Source: Carcharhinus longimanus (taxonomy: Eukaryota). Taken from it: DNA of 64,000 nt. This document shows, piece by piece, positions 11,721 through 24,899 of the stretch. Each line of letters starts with the position of its first letter. Position 1 is the stretch's first letter. Position numbers and translations under genes: made by a program. Under the pieces are notes generated by a model that was not told where the DNA came from, ran no database searches, and saw only the letters and a list, made by a program, of their open reading frames with translations. The stretch spans positions 105,915,700-105,979,699 of the forward strand of contig JASCQW010000190.1 in NCBI GenBank assembly GCA_030264375.1, read 5' to 3'.

Positions 11721-12319
11721 AATTCTCAAAGGCAACCAAGGATAGGCAACTAACTAATGCTGGTCTTGCCAATCACTAACATTCTGAGAATGATTCAAAA
11801 AAAAAGTTCCTACCAAACCAAAGTGATGGATGAAAAGCTAGCTTCAGGATCTCCGAAAAATTATGATCAGAGGTTTTGGAAGAAGTTGTACAAGTCAACG
11901 CACATTCTGAATGTAACACCACCAACCCCCACCCTCACCCCCACCAGTGAAACAGCACCTCTGCTTTCTCCCAGAGTGAGTTTTTCCAAAATACCCTCCC
12001 TATTAACACAACAGCAAAGACAAGAGCTTTAGGGCAGGACGGAAGATAAACCGTTCCGTGAATTATGACATGGGCAATAATCGCATTGCTTATCTCAATT
12101 TTCGGCCGAGGAGCCCAATTTCTTAAACAGTACATCACAATGATAGGCAATCACTTGATAACAATCCCTGTAACTCTTGAAAAGGTTTCTCAGATAAAAT
12201 AAAAACAGGCTCAACTTTAACCGGTTTTCAAAAGTGATCAACTGACAATCTCATCAAATTTCTGAAGCTGACTCAGTAATTGAATTGACACACTATAAAG
12301 GTTGAAGCCTCAGGCTGCA

Positions 12320-12700
12320 GTAAGCTGAGAAAGTAAGCACAAACCCGAGGTTGATACTTCAGTGCGGTACTGAGGAAGAGCTGCACTCAGGGGTCCCACC
12401 TTACACATCACAGTCAGGCCTGTCTGTCCACTCAGGTACATGTAAGAGCTCTCTGCATTTGAAGAAGAGCAAAGAAAATGCTCCCTAGTATCCTAGCTAA
12501 TAGTTATCCCTCAACCAGTATCTCCAAAAATCAGATTAACTGGTTATTTATTTCAGTGGAATTGGTGGGATGTGTGTGTGTGGAAATTGGTGCTGTCTTT
12601 ATTACATTACGATAGTGACTGTGCAAAAATACTTTGTGAGGCATTTTGCAGATATCCTGAGGTTGTGCTAGGCACTATATAAAGACAAGCTCTTTCTTTC
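12320..12700 (+). mobile_element. Deu-SINE-like element
   Basis: GAAGAAGAGCA...TTATCCCTCAACCA...CAGATTAACTGG...CACTATATAAA. Confidence 0.7.
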
Positions 12701-13279
12701 CTTCTTTTTAACATAGGTTCAACCTTTAAAATATGCAAAGATGTAATCCTATACTCAGCCATAGGATGCAATAACTCACGGTCAGGGAAGAAAACAGCTT
12801 TAAGTCTAACTTAACATTTCAAAGGGATTAAAATTCATACAAACCAGTGCAAATCTAATAAAAGACAACAGACAGCTTCATAAAAGCTGACATGCTGCAA
12901 AGAAAAGCTGACAACTCAAAAAAACAACCTTGGGCATATAGGCCTTAAAACAAGATGACATGGTGTTAGATGGAAAGTTTTTTTAGGACACATGTCTGTC
13001 ACTTCATCAGCTGTGGAATACCCACTTTGATCTCAGAACAAAAAACCTCAAGTACACAGGGCTGTTCAGCAAGTGAGGATGTAATAAATTACTGAGATAG
13101 ACGCAAGTGTTGAAGCCAAACCATTTATTATCTATGGGATCTGGGGCTTATTTATTCCTGTCCCCTGCCAGACCATTTCATTGTTCTTTTTCTCCCCACG
13201 TCACTCGTTGCATATTTTAAGTCTATTTTGTTTGCTCTTCAATCCAAAAATCATTTCTCTCGAAAAGGGGTAATCATAC

Positions 13280-16200
13280 TTTGAATAGGAAAAAGTAGAC
13301 TCAAGTTTTTCATTACACCTTTACATTAGTTAATTCCTGCAGGATCATCTCGTCTCACAGTGTTGGTACTCGTGTGTTCCTCTGTGACTAAAATAACTCT
13401 GTGTCTGAGTCATCGTCTGTCTGATCCATCTGTGGTTCAGTACACACGATGCAAAGGTGCTGATGGTTCCTTCCGAGGATCTGTCTGTTTGGTACCTCAA
13501 CCTAGTATGATCATGGCTGTGTGCACTTTCACAGCACCTCACCTTGTACTCATGTCTTCATATGGTGATCAGCTATACTCACGATATGACCTATATTTAA
13601 CTGTGTTGATGATTTTGTTCTCTCTTCATGCTGCTGGGATATCCTCTCCTGCCATTCTAATAAAATATCATGAGCTTCCGTCCGGATTGGGAGTAGACGG
13701 GACAGGGATCAGTGCGAACTTGCCCCCCAAAAAAAATCAAATTTGGTGGTTGAGGGTACACTACCTCTCTGTAGCATGGCATGAAGATTGAGCAGGGTAA
13801 CGCAGAAATCTTGCTTAGTTGCCTCACATTTGGTAAATGTTGCTTCAGCCATCTTGATGATCTATCCATTAACCCGTTGGACTGTGAGGGTAGTGCAGGA
13901 AAGATGTGACGTGTCTTACATCTCATTTGTTGCACGTGTCCCAGAAAAGTTATCCTCTTTGTTTGGGACCGTTGCCTGAGATGATGGTTTCAGGCAGAAC
14001 AAACATGTTGAAATCCATGCTGAGTGTATCAACAATCGTAAAGCGTCCCTGATCTGGTAAATGAAAGGGAATTTAGTCATTTAATCTGAACCAAGATTTA
14101 ATCTTCACCGTCCAGATTGAATAAATCAGTGGTTGTTTTCAATCATAGGGCAGAGAGGATTCCTTGTGGTTGCAACGATTCTCTGTTTTGCTGTGGTTGG
14201 TGCACCTGGCATATAGAATGTTCAATCTGTCAACATCCTTATTAATACCTGGCCAATAAACTGGCAAGGTCACGTGTTGGTTGTGTGCTCATGTGTCCGA
14301 TGTGTAGGTGACGTAGTGAGGTTTGCCTTTTGAATTGCTTGCTTTTGAATATAATGCTTCTGTAGATGCCCAGTTCATCTCTGTAATGCCAAAACGGTGG
14401 GATACTTTTGTAAACATCCTTGATGCAATTGTGCCAGACAGCAGTTTTCATTGGTGTAGCAGTGGGTTTTCTCAGGTGGCTTGTTATACCATTTTGACTT
14501 GACCCTGCCCAAAACGGGCCAAGTCAGTATAGGGATGGTCTTCCACCTCATATTTGATGATGCCTACGTCAAAATCTAGAGGCATATCTTTGTTGTTGGC
14601 TGGGTCAGTCAACCTAACTGTGGACTGAGTCAGTCTGACTGAGTCGACAGTGGCAGTTTAGCTGTAGGGCAGAAGTTTACAGGAAAAATTCTAAGTGCCT
14701 AGTTAGTGTGTACACGAAAATGTTTCAGATCTGTTTTTAGGGTGAGTCTTTACTCCGAATCTTCTGGACTTAGACACTAAAAAACTCAGCTAGGCCACAT
14801 CTAGCCACTGGATGGAGCAAGTGACGTTTAACGCATCTACAAAGTTGCCGCAGCAGCAGAGAGATCCATTGCGCAACTGCACACCCTTGGTTGCAAATGC
14901 GCAATGGTCACCAGCAGAGAGCTGACAGATGTGAAAATGCTTGCTAGTCACATGTTAATGCCGTTTTAAATACATTCAAGTAATTTATCCAGCCTCTTGC
15001 CAGTAATGGGCGNNNNNNNNNNNNNNNNNNNNNNNNNNNNNNNNNNNNNNNNNNNNNNNNNNNNNNNNNNNNNNNNNNNNNNNNNNNNNNNNNNNNNNNN
15101 NNNNNNNNNNNNNNNNNNNNNNNNNNNNNNNNNNNNNNNNNNNNNNNNNNNNNNNNNNNNNNNNCACTTCATTTGTATGATTACATTTAGTGGACAAGCC
15201 CTGGAACTGTCACTCGTGTTGGATTTGTGTGGAATCTTTCTTCGTGGTGAGTTTTGTACTTTGGCTATGTCAGGTTTGTTGCATTTGTGACACATTTTTG
15301 CCCAATGTCCTTTGATGAAGCACAGTTTGTAGATGCCAAAAAGTATGCTAGACATTGCTTGGGTTGTGTTTAAGACTGCACCACATGCAGGATTTGGGCA
15401 TCTTTGATGTTCTGGTTACTGTGGCAGTGGTAGATTTGTGATCAAGGGCTTGAAGGTGCTGTTTGCCAGCCACAAATGTTTCACTTTTTTCACCTTCATC
15501 CAGTAATGCAACTGGACATTATTGCATTAATGTAATAATGCAATAACCATTGGCTCTGTTTGGGTATTGAAGCGATGATATCTCCATCAATCTCTCCATA
15601 AGGCCATTGGTATCGTAGCTGCATTGCACCAATACTGGTTTATAAACTGATCAATGCTTTCACTTGGCTGTTGTCAGAACAACGTGAACTGTATCCCCTG
15701 AATTCTAAGTTGGCTCGGACCTTCAGTTGATCTTCGATGAGCTTGAAGATTTTGTCAGGTTTTCATCAGATAGACCAGCTGAGCTCACAAGCATTATCCC
15801 CTGGTTACCAAGAACAATTAGTGGCTTTTTCCTTTTGGCCCTCTACCTGCTAATGCTATAAAAAGTGAGTGGATCTTGCAGTTTAAAGAATTGAAATTCT
15901 GCAAAGAATCTCCTGCTTGCCAATTCATAGTCAAATCTCTTTTTGCCACTGTGATGTTCTTGGTTATTGGCTGCACTGGAGTTGCTGAGTGGTGTGTTTC
16001 TTTGTATGAGTCGTCGCACTTATGGCCTGTCTGATGTCCCTGTGCTTTTGCAACAACTATATCACTTTTGATTCATAACAGTGTTCTGTGGACGGAAAAG
16101 CTTGTCTCTCCTTTTGCTGTACATTTTAAAAATAGCACTCAAGATGCTTTGCTTCTGAGAGCCTTTTTGAAATAAAGAGCAAGAATTTAAAGCTGCAGAT

Positions 16201-17176
16201 CTTTAGATTGCAGAGACATTGCGTTCTATTGAAGCTGTTGGTATTTTATTGTACTGAGTTGCTGCCACACCTTGCTTGTCTGGGGTGAGCTGGGTTTGAT
16301 GTCAAAACTGAAAAGTAAAATGTGGAGCCAGCAGACAGTTGTGCGGAGCCTTGCTGAGATCCTTTGTAACTTGCCTCTCCCGGCCCCCTCAACCTGGGGT
16401 ACCTTTTATTTTTAAACAAACTTCATGCTCTGGCCTGCACTGTTAGAATGAGTGGTAATAATAGATGATCACAGATCCAGGTAAAGCAAAGCCTGCTGCC
16501 CATATCGCTGAGCTTGGAGTGAGGTCTTCGCTCACTGCTGAACTCCGATGTGTTTCAGAACTAGTCACTATTTTGAATTTTGGATCCCAATCTCTTGCAA
16601 CTGGACTTTTTCTTGGCTTTAAACTGAAGCAGGACAGAGGTTCCCTCTGAGTGACTTCCCGTTAAGTGCTGTAGCTACAGACTGTCCTTCCCTCAAGGAG
16701 TCTGGATTGGAGCCGGTAAGGTGGAATCTCTGCAGCTGATGTTGCTGCCGAAATAGTCCACAGCCTTGTGTTCTGGTATCTTTAGGAATTACCTCCGTGC
16801 CGTGAAATCTTTAGAAGTAACCACTGCTGCCAACCACATGTGGCCTCTTCCAATCTACTGCCAGTATGTACGTTGAGGGTCTCAATGTGAACCACAAGGT
16901 CTCTGTGCTACGTGCGCCAAGCATTCTGATGAGAAAGGGTTCTGGTTTAAATCAATTTCATTAAAGTTATTATGAGTAACAACTATACACAGCTCTGCAC
17001 AGGCTGGGTCCTAACACAGGCTGATTACCTGACGATATGCTTGACTCAAAGTATATATGAAATCTTACTGAAACAGAGTCACAGGCAGCACATCTAAACA
17101 TCTGAAATAGGAATGACAGCCAATAGTGAACATCTAATTTGGAGGCTGTACACATTCATTCTCCAGCCTTACCACA
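13280..17176 (-). mobile_element. Degenerate Ty3/Gypsy LTR retrotransposon (gag and integrase remnants, probable 5' LTR)
   Basis: Minus-strand remnants: gag-like text at about 15600-15950, zinc knuckle ...IKGHWAKMC at about 15290-15390, integrase HHCC region (LHIGHM...YWPGINKDV) at about 14200-14330, and a frameshifted core motif resembling HVTSSPHYPQSNG at about 13870-13920. PBS-like TGGCAGTAG at about 16855-16863 is adjacent to a putative LTR at about 16867-17176. Many stops and frameshifts. Confidence 0.8.
14666..15012. mobile_element. Probable non-autonomous DNA element inserted in the Gypsy copy, truncated by a gap
   Basis: Begins GGGCAGAAGTTTAC, like the termini of the palindromic MITEs elsewhere in the window, and interrupts the Gypsy-like coding remnants. 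Confidence 0.4.
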
Positions 17177-17399
17177 CAGTGCAGCATTGGGTTGTCGCAA
17201 GGTACATGTCATTGTCTGCATATTGATTCTATGGAACCTCCTTCTGTTTATCCACTGTAACATTGGCAAAAGTGCTGTGAAAACCACAAAATCCACAAAG
17301 TTGCATGTGAACATGGCCTTCAAAGGATCATGGGCTGTTCTCCCATCAGCTAAATGAAGATAGAGATACTCCAACAACCAGCACTAAATTCTGATTAAA

Positions 17400-17745
17400 G
17401 TTTCAATGAGGCAAATCCAGAGAAACTGCTTCCAATAGCTAAATGGTTGATAACCAGATTTACATGGTTGGCAAAATAAAAATTGCAGGAAACATGAATG
17501 AAAATTTCTTTATGCAACGAGTGATAAGGATTTGGAATCAACTTTCTATTAGGGTGGTGGAAATAGATTCGATATTGCCTTTCAAAAAGGGAATTGGATT
17601 AAAAAAAATTGTGGGAGAAAATTTGCAGTGATATGGGGAAGAAGCCAGGAAGTGTGACTAATTGGATTGCTCTTCAAGAGCCAGTACAGAATCGATGGGC
17701 CGATTAGCCTTCTTCTGCGCTGTACTACTTTATGATTCTAATGAT
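17400..17745 (+). mobile_element. CR1 LINE 3' end, old
   Basis: NFFMQRVIRIWNQL motif and a CR1-like tail. Confidence 0.75.
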
Positions 17746-18097
17746 ACAATTTGGTTTACAGAGTTGATGTTGAACCACAATGAACATTTTGTTATCTTAG
17801 TGCTGTCCTTAACTATAGCCACCCCACACACATTCGAAAAGTTGCGTCTTGACATGGTTTTGAAAATTACCCAAATATTATATTGGTGGCATATTGTGTA
17901 CATGATCACTGGAATTTTCACGTCCCGTCACAACGGGAATTGCAGTGGGCAGGACACGGACCATGCAAAGGTCTGTTAACATCGGTGGGATTTTACGGAC
18001 TTGCGGTGAGCACAGCCGGAAAATCCCACCCGATAAATCTTTTCGCTTTGTGTGACCTATTGTATCTCAGTTCTTTTATGAACTGGTGTTGCTTCAG

Positions 18098-18320
18098 GAG
18101 GTTGGTTTAGCTCAGTTGGCCGGACAGCTGGTTTGTGATGCAAAGCAACGCCAACAGCGTGGGTTCAATTGCTGTATCTGCTGAGATTATTCATGAAGGC
18201 CTCACCTTTGAAACCTTGCCCCTTGCCCAAGATGTGGTGATCCTCAGCTTAGATCACCACCAATCAATTCTCTCTCAAAAGGGGGGAGCAGCCGATGGTC
18301 ATCTCAGGCAACATTTCATT
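18098..18320 (+). mobile_element. tRNA-derived SINE (third family)
   Basis: A box TAGCTCAGTTGG and B box GGGTTCAATT, followed by a non-tRNA body. Confidence 0.65.
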
Positions 18321-18544
18321 CTGTTCCATTCATTATAGAGGCAACTCCTGAACCAAAATCACAATTTCATTACGAAATAAAAAGAATTCTTAAATGTGAA
18401 TTTTAAATCAGACTTTTCATGGACACAAAGAGAACAGTTTCAATGACGGAGCCAATCTAAATGAATTGGGATAAGGGAAAAACTTACATTCATCTGGAAT
18501 TCACGTACAGTCTCAACCGGGCATAACAGCTTTAAAACAGCTTT

Positions 18545-20150
18545 TAAGAACATAAGAAATAGGAGCAGGAGTAGGCCATCTAGCCCTTCGAGCCTGCCCC
18601 GCCATTCAATAAGATNNNNNNNNNNNNNNNNNNNNNNNNNNNNNNNNNNNNNNNNNNNNNNNNNNNNNNNNNNNNNNNNNNNNNNNNNNNNNNNNNNNNN
18701 NNNNNNNNNNNNNNNNNNNNNNNNNNNNNNNNNNNNNNNNNNNNNNNNNNNNNNNNNNNNNNNNNNNNNNNNNNNNNNNNNNNNNNNNNNNNNNNNNNNN
18801 NNNNNNNNNNNNNNNNNNNNNNNNNNNNNNNNNNNNNNNNGGACGCCAAAGCTGCACACAATCCTCCATGTGTGGCCTCATCAATGCCCTATACAATTGC
18901 AGCAAAACATCCCTAACCCGATACTCAAATCCCCTTGCTCTGAAGGCCAACATATTATTTGCCTTCTTTACTGCCAGCTGTACCTGCACATTTACTTTCA
19001 GTGACTGATGCAGGAGGACTCCAAGGTCTCACTGAGTATCCACTTCTCTCAATTCAAACCAAGTAATAACTCGTCTTCCTATTATTGCTACTGAAGTGGA
19101 TAGCTTCATATTTATCCACATTATACTGCATCTGCCATGCAGATGCCCACATATTCAGCCTGTCCAAATCACACTGATCTCTGCATCCTCCTCACAGCTC
19201 ACCCTCCCACCCAACTTTGCACTGTCTGCAAATTTGGAGATAATACATTCAGTTCCCTTTTCCAAATCATTAATATATGTGAACAGTTGGGGTCCTAACA
19301 CAGACTGCAATGGAACCCAATAGTCACTGACTGCCAATTGGAAAAAGACTCATTTATGCCAACTCTTTGCTTCCTACCTGCTAACCAACTTTCTATCCAT
19401 CACAAGACAATATGTGCAATCCCATGTGCTTTAACTTTAAATAATAGTCTGTTATGTGAGACCTTGTCAAAAGCCTTCTGAAAGTCTAAATAAGCCACAT
19501 CCACTAGTTCTCCTCGGTCAGCTGTACTAGTCACATCCTCAAAAAATTTCCAATCGATTCATCGAGCATAATTTCCCTTCTGTAAATTCATGCTGCCTTT
19601 GTCTGATATACCATTGCCTTCCAAATGCCAAGTTGATAATAGAGTCTAGTAATTTCCCGAGTTAGGGTCACTGGTCTATCATTCCGCTTTCTCTCAATTT
19701 CCATTTTTGGATAGCAAGATTCCATTAGCTGTCTTCCGATCTGTAGGAACTATTCCAGAGTCCAAAGAATTTTGAAAAATAACCACTAGTGGATCTACTA
19801 TTTCCAGGGTTACTTCCTTATGTACTCTGGAAGGAAGATTATCAGGACCTGGAGATTAATCCACCATCAATTTCCCTAAAACCATTTCTCTACTAAAGCT
19901 GATTTTCTTCAGCTCCGCACTAAACCATGTTTCTCTCAGCACTTCTGGTACATTATTCATGTCTTCCTTTGTGAAGACTCAAGCAAAGTATAAATTTAAT
20001 TCCTCAATCATTTCTTTGTTCCCCATTATGAATTCTCCCGCTTCTGATTATAAGAGGCCTACATCAGTTTTTGTCAATCTTTTTCTTTTTACATATCTAT
20101 AAAAAAAATTACAGTCAGTTTATATGTTCGCCACTACCTCACTTTCATAC
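18545..20150 (-). mobile_element. CR1-type LINE, 5'-truncated and degenerate (RT region to 3' tail, spans a gap)
   Basis: ORF remnants VPLQSVLGPQLFTYINDL...ISKFAD and QVQLAVKKANNMLAF...LLQLYRALMRPH, with a (TTCTTATG)-type 3' tail at about 18545. Confidence 0.9.
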
Positions 20151-20714
20151 TGATGTGCAGTATGTAATCAGAAACTAAGCACTGACTACTGGAATATAAA
20201 AATTGTTCTATATTTCTAAAAATACACTGCTCTGGGAAAAGCATCTCACAATAATCATCATAGGTACAGAGCAGGTCCACTCGAGTATATTCACCAAAGG
20301 AAAACCATCACACATCCAATTTGTCTCTTACTTGACCTCAAGGCTTTGGCTTTTACTTGCCTATCAAAAAATTTATTCTTAGGGCCAGATATTCACTACA
20401 AGCCAACAGAAGTGGGAAGCGTCCCCAATTTGCCTTAGTCTGAAGTGCCTGGTTGCGCACAATGGAGGGAGGGGGGGCGGGGGCAGGAAGAGATGATAGA
20501 ACTGAGCCTGCTAGCCCTGCAAGCATATCCTGGCACCCACAGAGACAATTGCGTGTCAAAGTGTGCTGGGTAAAATGTGCATCCTCACAGTACAAGGCTA
20601 CAACCTTTTGACAAGGTCTCACATAACAGACTACTAGAGGTAGGGGAATTTCATGGTAACTTCATTGCAGTGTTAATGTAAGCCTTACTTGTGACGAATG
20701 AATAAAATTTGAAC

Positions 20715-21012
20715 TTTACATAAAGTTAAAGCACACGGGATTGCAGGTAATGCCTTGGAGATGGATAGAAAGCTGGTTAGCAGATAGGAAGCAAAGACTT
20801 GGCATAATGGGTCTTTTTCTGATTGGCAGTCAGTGGCTAATGGGGTTCTACAGAGATCTGTGCTAGGACCCCAACTGTTCACATTATATATTAATGATTT
20901 AGAAGAGGGAACTGAATGTATTATCTCCAAATTTGCAGGTGATATAAAATTGGGTGGTAGGGCGAGCTGTGAGGAGGATGCAGAGATGCTTCAGCATGGT
21001 TTGGACAGGCTG
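20715..21012 (+). mobile_element. CR1 LINE RT fragment
   Basis: NGVLQRSVLGPQLFTLYINDLEEGTECIISKFAGDIKLGG. It is an inverted homolog of 19155-19440. Confidence 0.9.
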
Positions 21013-21880
21013 GAGGCAAGACCAATAAATTCATTGGCTCAGCAGGGAATCTATTTTGACAAGTGAAGCGAATTGCTGACTTTGCTTGATCGCCATTTTT
21101 AAATGGTTACAAAAATCTATTTTTTCTGTGATTATTTTGTCAATGTCTCAGTATTTACTTGGACAAGATTAAGAGGTGTGAAGTATTTGAAGTCTTTGTT
21201 ATTGTTGCTTTAATGCTTTGTTTGTTGACATTTTTGTCAGATTGTAGGAATAGCAGTTTTTCCCACTTGGAGCGTATCTGAATAGGTGGTTGTTTCCTCT
21301 CACAATTTCATTAGTATTAAATGACGCATTAGTAACATACATAGTACATAATGGGTGAATGAACATAAGTTGGCATTGAGCTGGCATGGAGACTAGAGGG
21401 TCACAGGGAGTGACTACTGGCATGGAGGGTATGGGTGGCCACTGGGAGCATGAATTGGCATTGTCTTGGCATGGAAGGCATAAGGGACTGTAGGGACTCA
21501 ATGGTTCAAAAGGTGTTAACTAAACATTGTTAGCACCTTTTGAACTTGCCTTTCTAAGGGTTCCCGAATCTAGACCGCAATTCACAATGCTTCTGAGAAA
21601 CCATGAATCACATCATTAAGAAGTTACCCAACTCCACGCAAATTTTGAGGGAATGGGGAGTTGGGAGCTGACTTCTCTTGCAATGGATCCAACTAGGTCA
21701 GGAGTGCAGATACTGAGTCCACACACTTATCCCTCAATGGCTAAAATGGAGGTGAGAATCCCAGAATTGGATTCCATCTGCCATTTTCAAATGGCTTTGG
21801 GCTCTGCGAAAATCCAGCTCCAAATGTTAACACACATTGCACAAAAAGATCATCTTCATATAAATCTTGAATTTCCTTTG

Positions 21881-22779
21881 CCCCAATCTTATGCACCATC
21901 ATATATTCTCTCAGTTTCATCCAAGGTTCAGAGCTCAAATGATTTTGGGCATTCCTTGTACAATAGTTTATCGCAGATGGCTTGGCATTACAACAATTTG
22001 ACCATGATTGGCAATGGATATTATAAGAATGGCAGAATGGTTTCAGGTTGCAGGTCTGCATTTGCCCTCCTCCAGACTTCAACCTTACGACCATTAAGAA
22101 TTTGCTCTAGTAGAGTTACAGCTGCATTTGACTGCATGGAAGCAAAAAAAACATGCAACACATTGAAAGCAAGCAAGATGAAGTGACCTAGTCTTTGTGG
22201 ATGAGTCAGTGTGTTTCATGCATTTCAAGCAATACCTTTGTAGTCAAGCTTAATAAAAATAACTGACAGACAGTCATTTGAGTGATGTCATTGGCTGACA
22301 AATATGGACGGTGTAAATGGAATTATGCTGCAGTTTGTCAATTCCAAAGGAAGACTCTTACACACAAGGGTGGTGGAGCTGGGCAGGAGATGCACGTCAT
22401 GGGCAGAAGGTGGTTGGCAGGGGTTGGTGGTGAGATTCAGGTTAGTCTGTAGGCCATGGGAATACAGAGGTTTAGGTTTATATTTTGAAGAATCTTAACT
22501 CCATCCTGCATGTATTTTATCACTAACAGATTTCCCACCCAGAAGCCAGCCACAATGGTAAGCTTAGCTGAATTGTTGGGGAGCAGAATGATATCACTCC
22601 AGAGGAGTTTGCAGGACCAGGTAGGTCAAATACCTAACACTGGGTTTTTGGGTCATGGTCAAATTATCATAATGCCAAGCCATCTGCGATAAACTATTAT
22701 ATGAGGAATATCCAAAATCATTTGAGCTCTGAATCTTGGACAAAACTGTGAGAATATACGATGGTGCATAAGATTGGGG
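21881..22779. repeat. Long inverted repeat (127-bp arms at 21881-22007 and 22653-22779), probably an old TIR DNA transposon
   Basis: The arms align without gaps in reverse complement, with about a dozen mismatches, mostly transitions at CA/TG. Confidence 0.85.
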
Positions 22780-22819
22780 ATCTCTACATTGAGCTGGCCA
22801 CAGAAGCTGGCCTTAGTAG

Positions 22820-23210
22820 AAAAGAAATTAAACTGTGCCTTTCCCAGCCACAGGACATCCCAGAGGGCATTACAGCTAATGAAATATTTCTTCACTGTAG
22901 ACTCAATACAGGAAAGGAGGCCACCAAATTTCTACCAGCAAGTTTCCACAATCAGTAATGAGATAATGAATAGGTGATCTGTTTATTCACTCAAATGGAA
23001 AGGTAATTATCGACCAGGGTACCAGGAAGATCTCCCCTGTTCTTCCTAAACAATATAATGGCATGAAATCTTGTACACTCAACTTCCAACAACGCAGTAC
23101 TGCCTCAGTTTGGCATTGGAGTGTCAGTTTGGATTATAGCATACGGTGATTTTCATGTGTGAGCGTCAGACTTGAAGCCACAAGCTGAGTGCTAGCACGG
23201 GAGTTGAAGC
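22820..23210 (-). mobile_element. Deu-SINE-like element, 150 bp downstream of the 23.4 kb exon
   Basis: Reverse complement of the Deu domain and head. Confidence 0.65.
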
Positions 23211-23361
23211 TAACACACAAAAGTGAAACAGGCTGGAATTAAAGACTCGCCTTCTCGAACTGACTGGATATTGTCATAAATGACGCCCTGTATATGCACT
23301 CCGACCCATCCTCAACGTTACACAAACTCTTACTCTTGGACTGTCACATCAAGATACACAC

Positions 23362-23527
23362 CTGAAAGACCAATGTTATCCTCTATTATCTGTTCTTCAA
23401 CAACATCCAACGATGTATCGTCCATCATCCTGGTGGAGACCTCATCGCAATCCAGGCTAGAATAGAACAAGTCTGTGTTTGGCACTTGTTCTACGATCAC
23501 TGCAGGAAACGACAGAGGGTCTTCAAG
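23362..23527 (-). CDS. ELF1: ELF1/ELF4-subfamily coding exon, acidic transactivation region (LEDPLSFPAVIVEQVPNTDLFYSSLDCDEVSTRMMDDTSLDVVEEQIIEDNIGLS)
   Basis: Acceptor CTTTTCTTTATACCCTAG|CTT and donor TCAG|GTGTGT. The 166 nt are open and in frame with the 36369-36440 exon. FPAVIVEQVP and SLDVxEEQII are Elf-1 N-terminal domain motifs. Ends in phase 1. Confidence 0.95.
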
Positions 23528-24246
23528 CTAGGGTATAAAGAAAAGACATTCAACAGGCTTAAAGAAAAGGAGATGGAAAAAAAAAGAGTTCAGAATGCAT
23601 CCAAAATCAAGTACATCAGTATGTTATTCTTAATACTTTACCCTGCTGAAATCAGGTTTTAAAATACATCAACAGGTGTCCAACCGGAAAAGTTAGTTTG
23701 AATTCCGCTCCACCCTTTACCAAACAACTTTGTTTTAATAAAACGTTCATGACTATTAAAAGCGATTACCTAATCGTCAGGGGCAGCATCGAAACATGTC
23801 ACTCAGCACTGATGCAAAGATGCTTTCTTTATCCACAGGGTAATGAAAGGGCAGCTGTAGAATTGACTGCAATGTACCAAGTCGCCCCCACACAATTGGC
23901 GGTTCTCAAAATATCTGCAGTGTGTTGATTCCAGAAGGTGTCACCTCACGTCATTTTAAACAGGTTGTGGGGTTAGTGGTAGAGAAGTTTAAAAAAAAAC
24001 CTGCAAGTATTTGCTCTCAAAACAAACCCACAGCACTTTACTCAGAATATCTTAGCTGGCTGTGACTCACTGACCAATGCTTTAACTCCTATATAGCAAT
24101 GCTTTTTTGACTGTTCTGAGACATTCATTGTTGACCTTCCAGAATGGCAATGATATAAACGTCTGCTGTAATAAAAGCTGGTATCTTAAAAAATAAGAAA
24201 GTCAGACTTTCATTCACATAACTTTCATAACCATGGGATATTCCAA

Positions 24247-24430
24247 AGTGGCACAGTGGTTACTTCTGCTGCCTCATAGTGCCAGGTATCCGGGTTCGAT
24301 TCCTTGCGTGGGTCACTGTTTGTGTGGAGTCTGCACATTTCCACCCCCAACAGGTGCCAGAGTGTGGCGACTAGGGGATCTTCACAGTAACTTCATTGCA
24401 GTGTTAAGGTAAGCCTACTTGTGAGTACTA
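24247..24430 (+). mobile_element. HE1-like SINE, tail B, internally deleted
   Basis: The head is joined directly to the GTGGCGACTAGGGG...CTACTTGTGA tail. Confidence 0.8.
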
Positions 24431-24899
24431 CACTTTAATGCTTTGAGTCCGTGTGACTCTTCTTCAGAGCAAAAGAGAAGGAGAAATGTGATGGCTTTTT
24501 GTTCCCTGGAGTGTGGGAGGAATGATGTGGGTNNNNNNNNNNNNNNNNNNNNNNNNNNNNNNNNNNNNNNNNNNNNNNNNNNNNNNNNNNNNNNNNNNNN
24601 NNNNNNNNNNNNNNNNNNNNNNNNNNNNNNNNNNNNNNNNNNNNNNNNNNNNNNNNNNNNNNNNNNNNNNNNNNNNNNNNNNNNNNNNNNNNNNNNNNNN
24701 NNNNNNNNNNNNNNNNNNNNNNNNNNNNNNNNNNNNNNNNNNNNNNNNNNNNNNNNNNNNNNNNNNNNNNNNNNNNNNNNNNNNNNNNNNNNNNNNNNNN
24801 NNNNNNNNNNNNNNNNNNNNNNNNNNNNNNNNNNNNNNNNNNNNNNNNNNNNNNNNNNNNNNNNNNNNNNNNNNNNNNNNNNNNNNNNNNNNNNNNNNN

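Noticed and set aside
13280-17176. Domesticated gag or integrase gene, or endogenous virus
   Set aside because: Riddled with stops and frameshifts; no intact ORF and no env-like sequence.
18098-18175. tRNA gene candidates (A and B boxes here and at many SINE heads)
   Set aside because: They continue into SINE bodies and lack a complete cloverleaf and terminator.
21653-22186. 177-aa plus-strand ORF
   Set aside because: No recognisable motif; it overlaps the inverted-repeat arm and looks like chance open frame.
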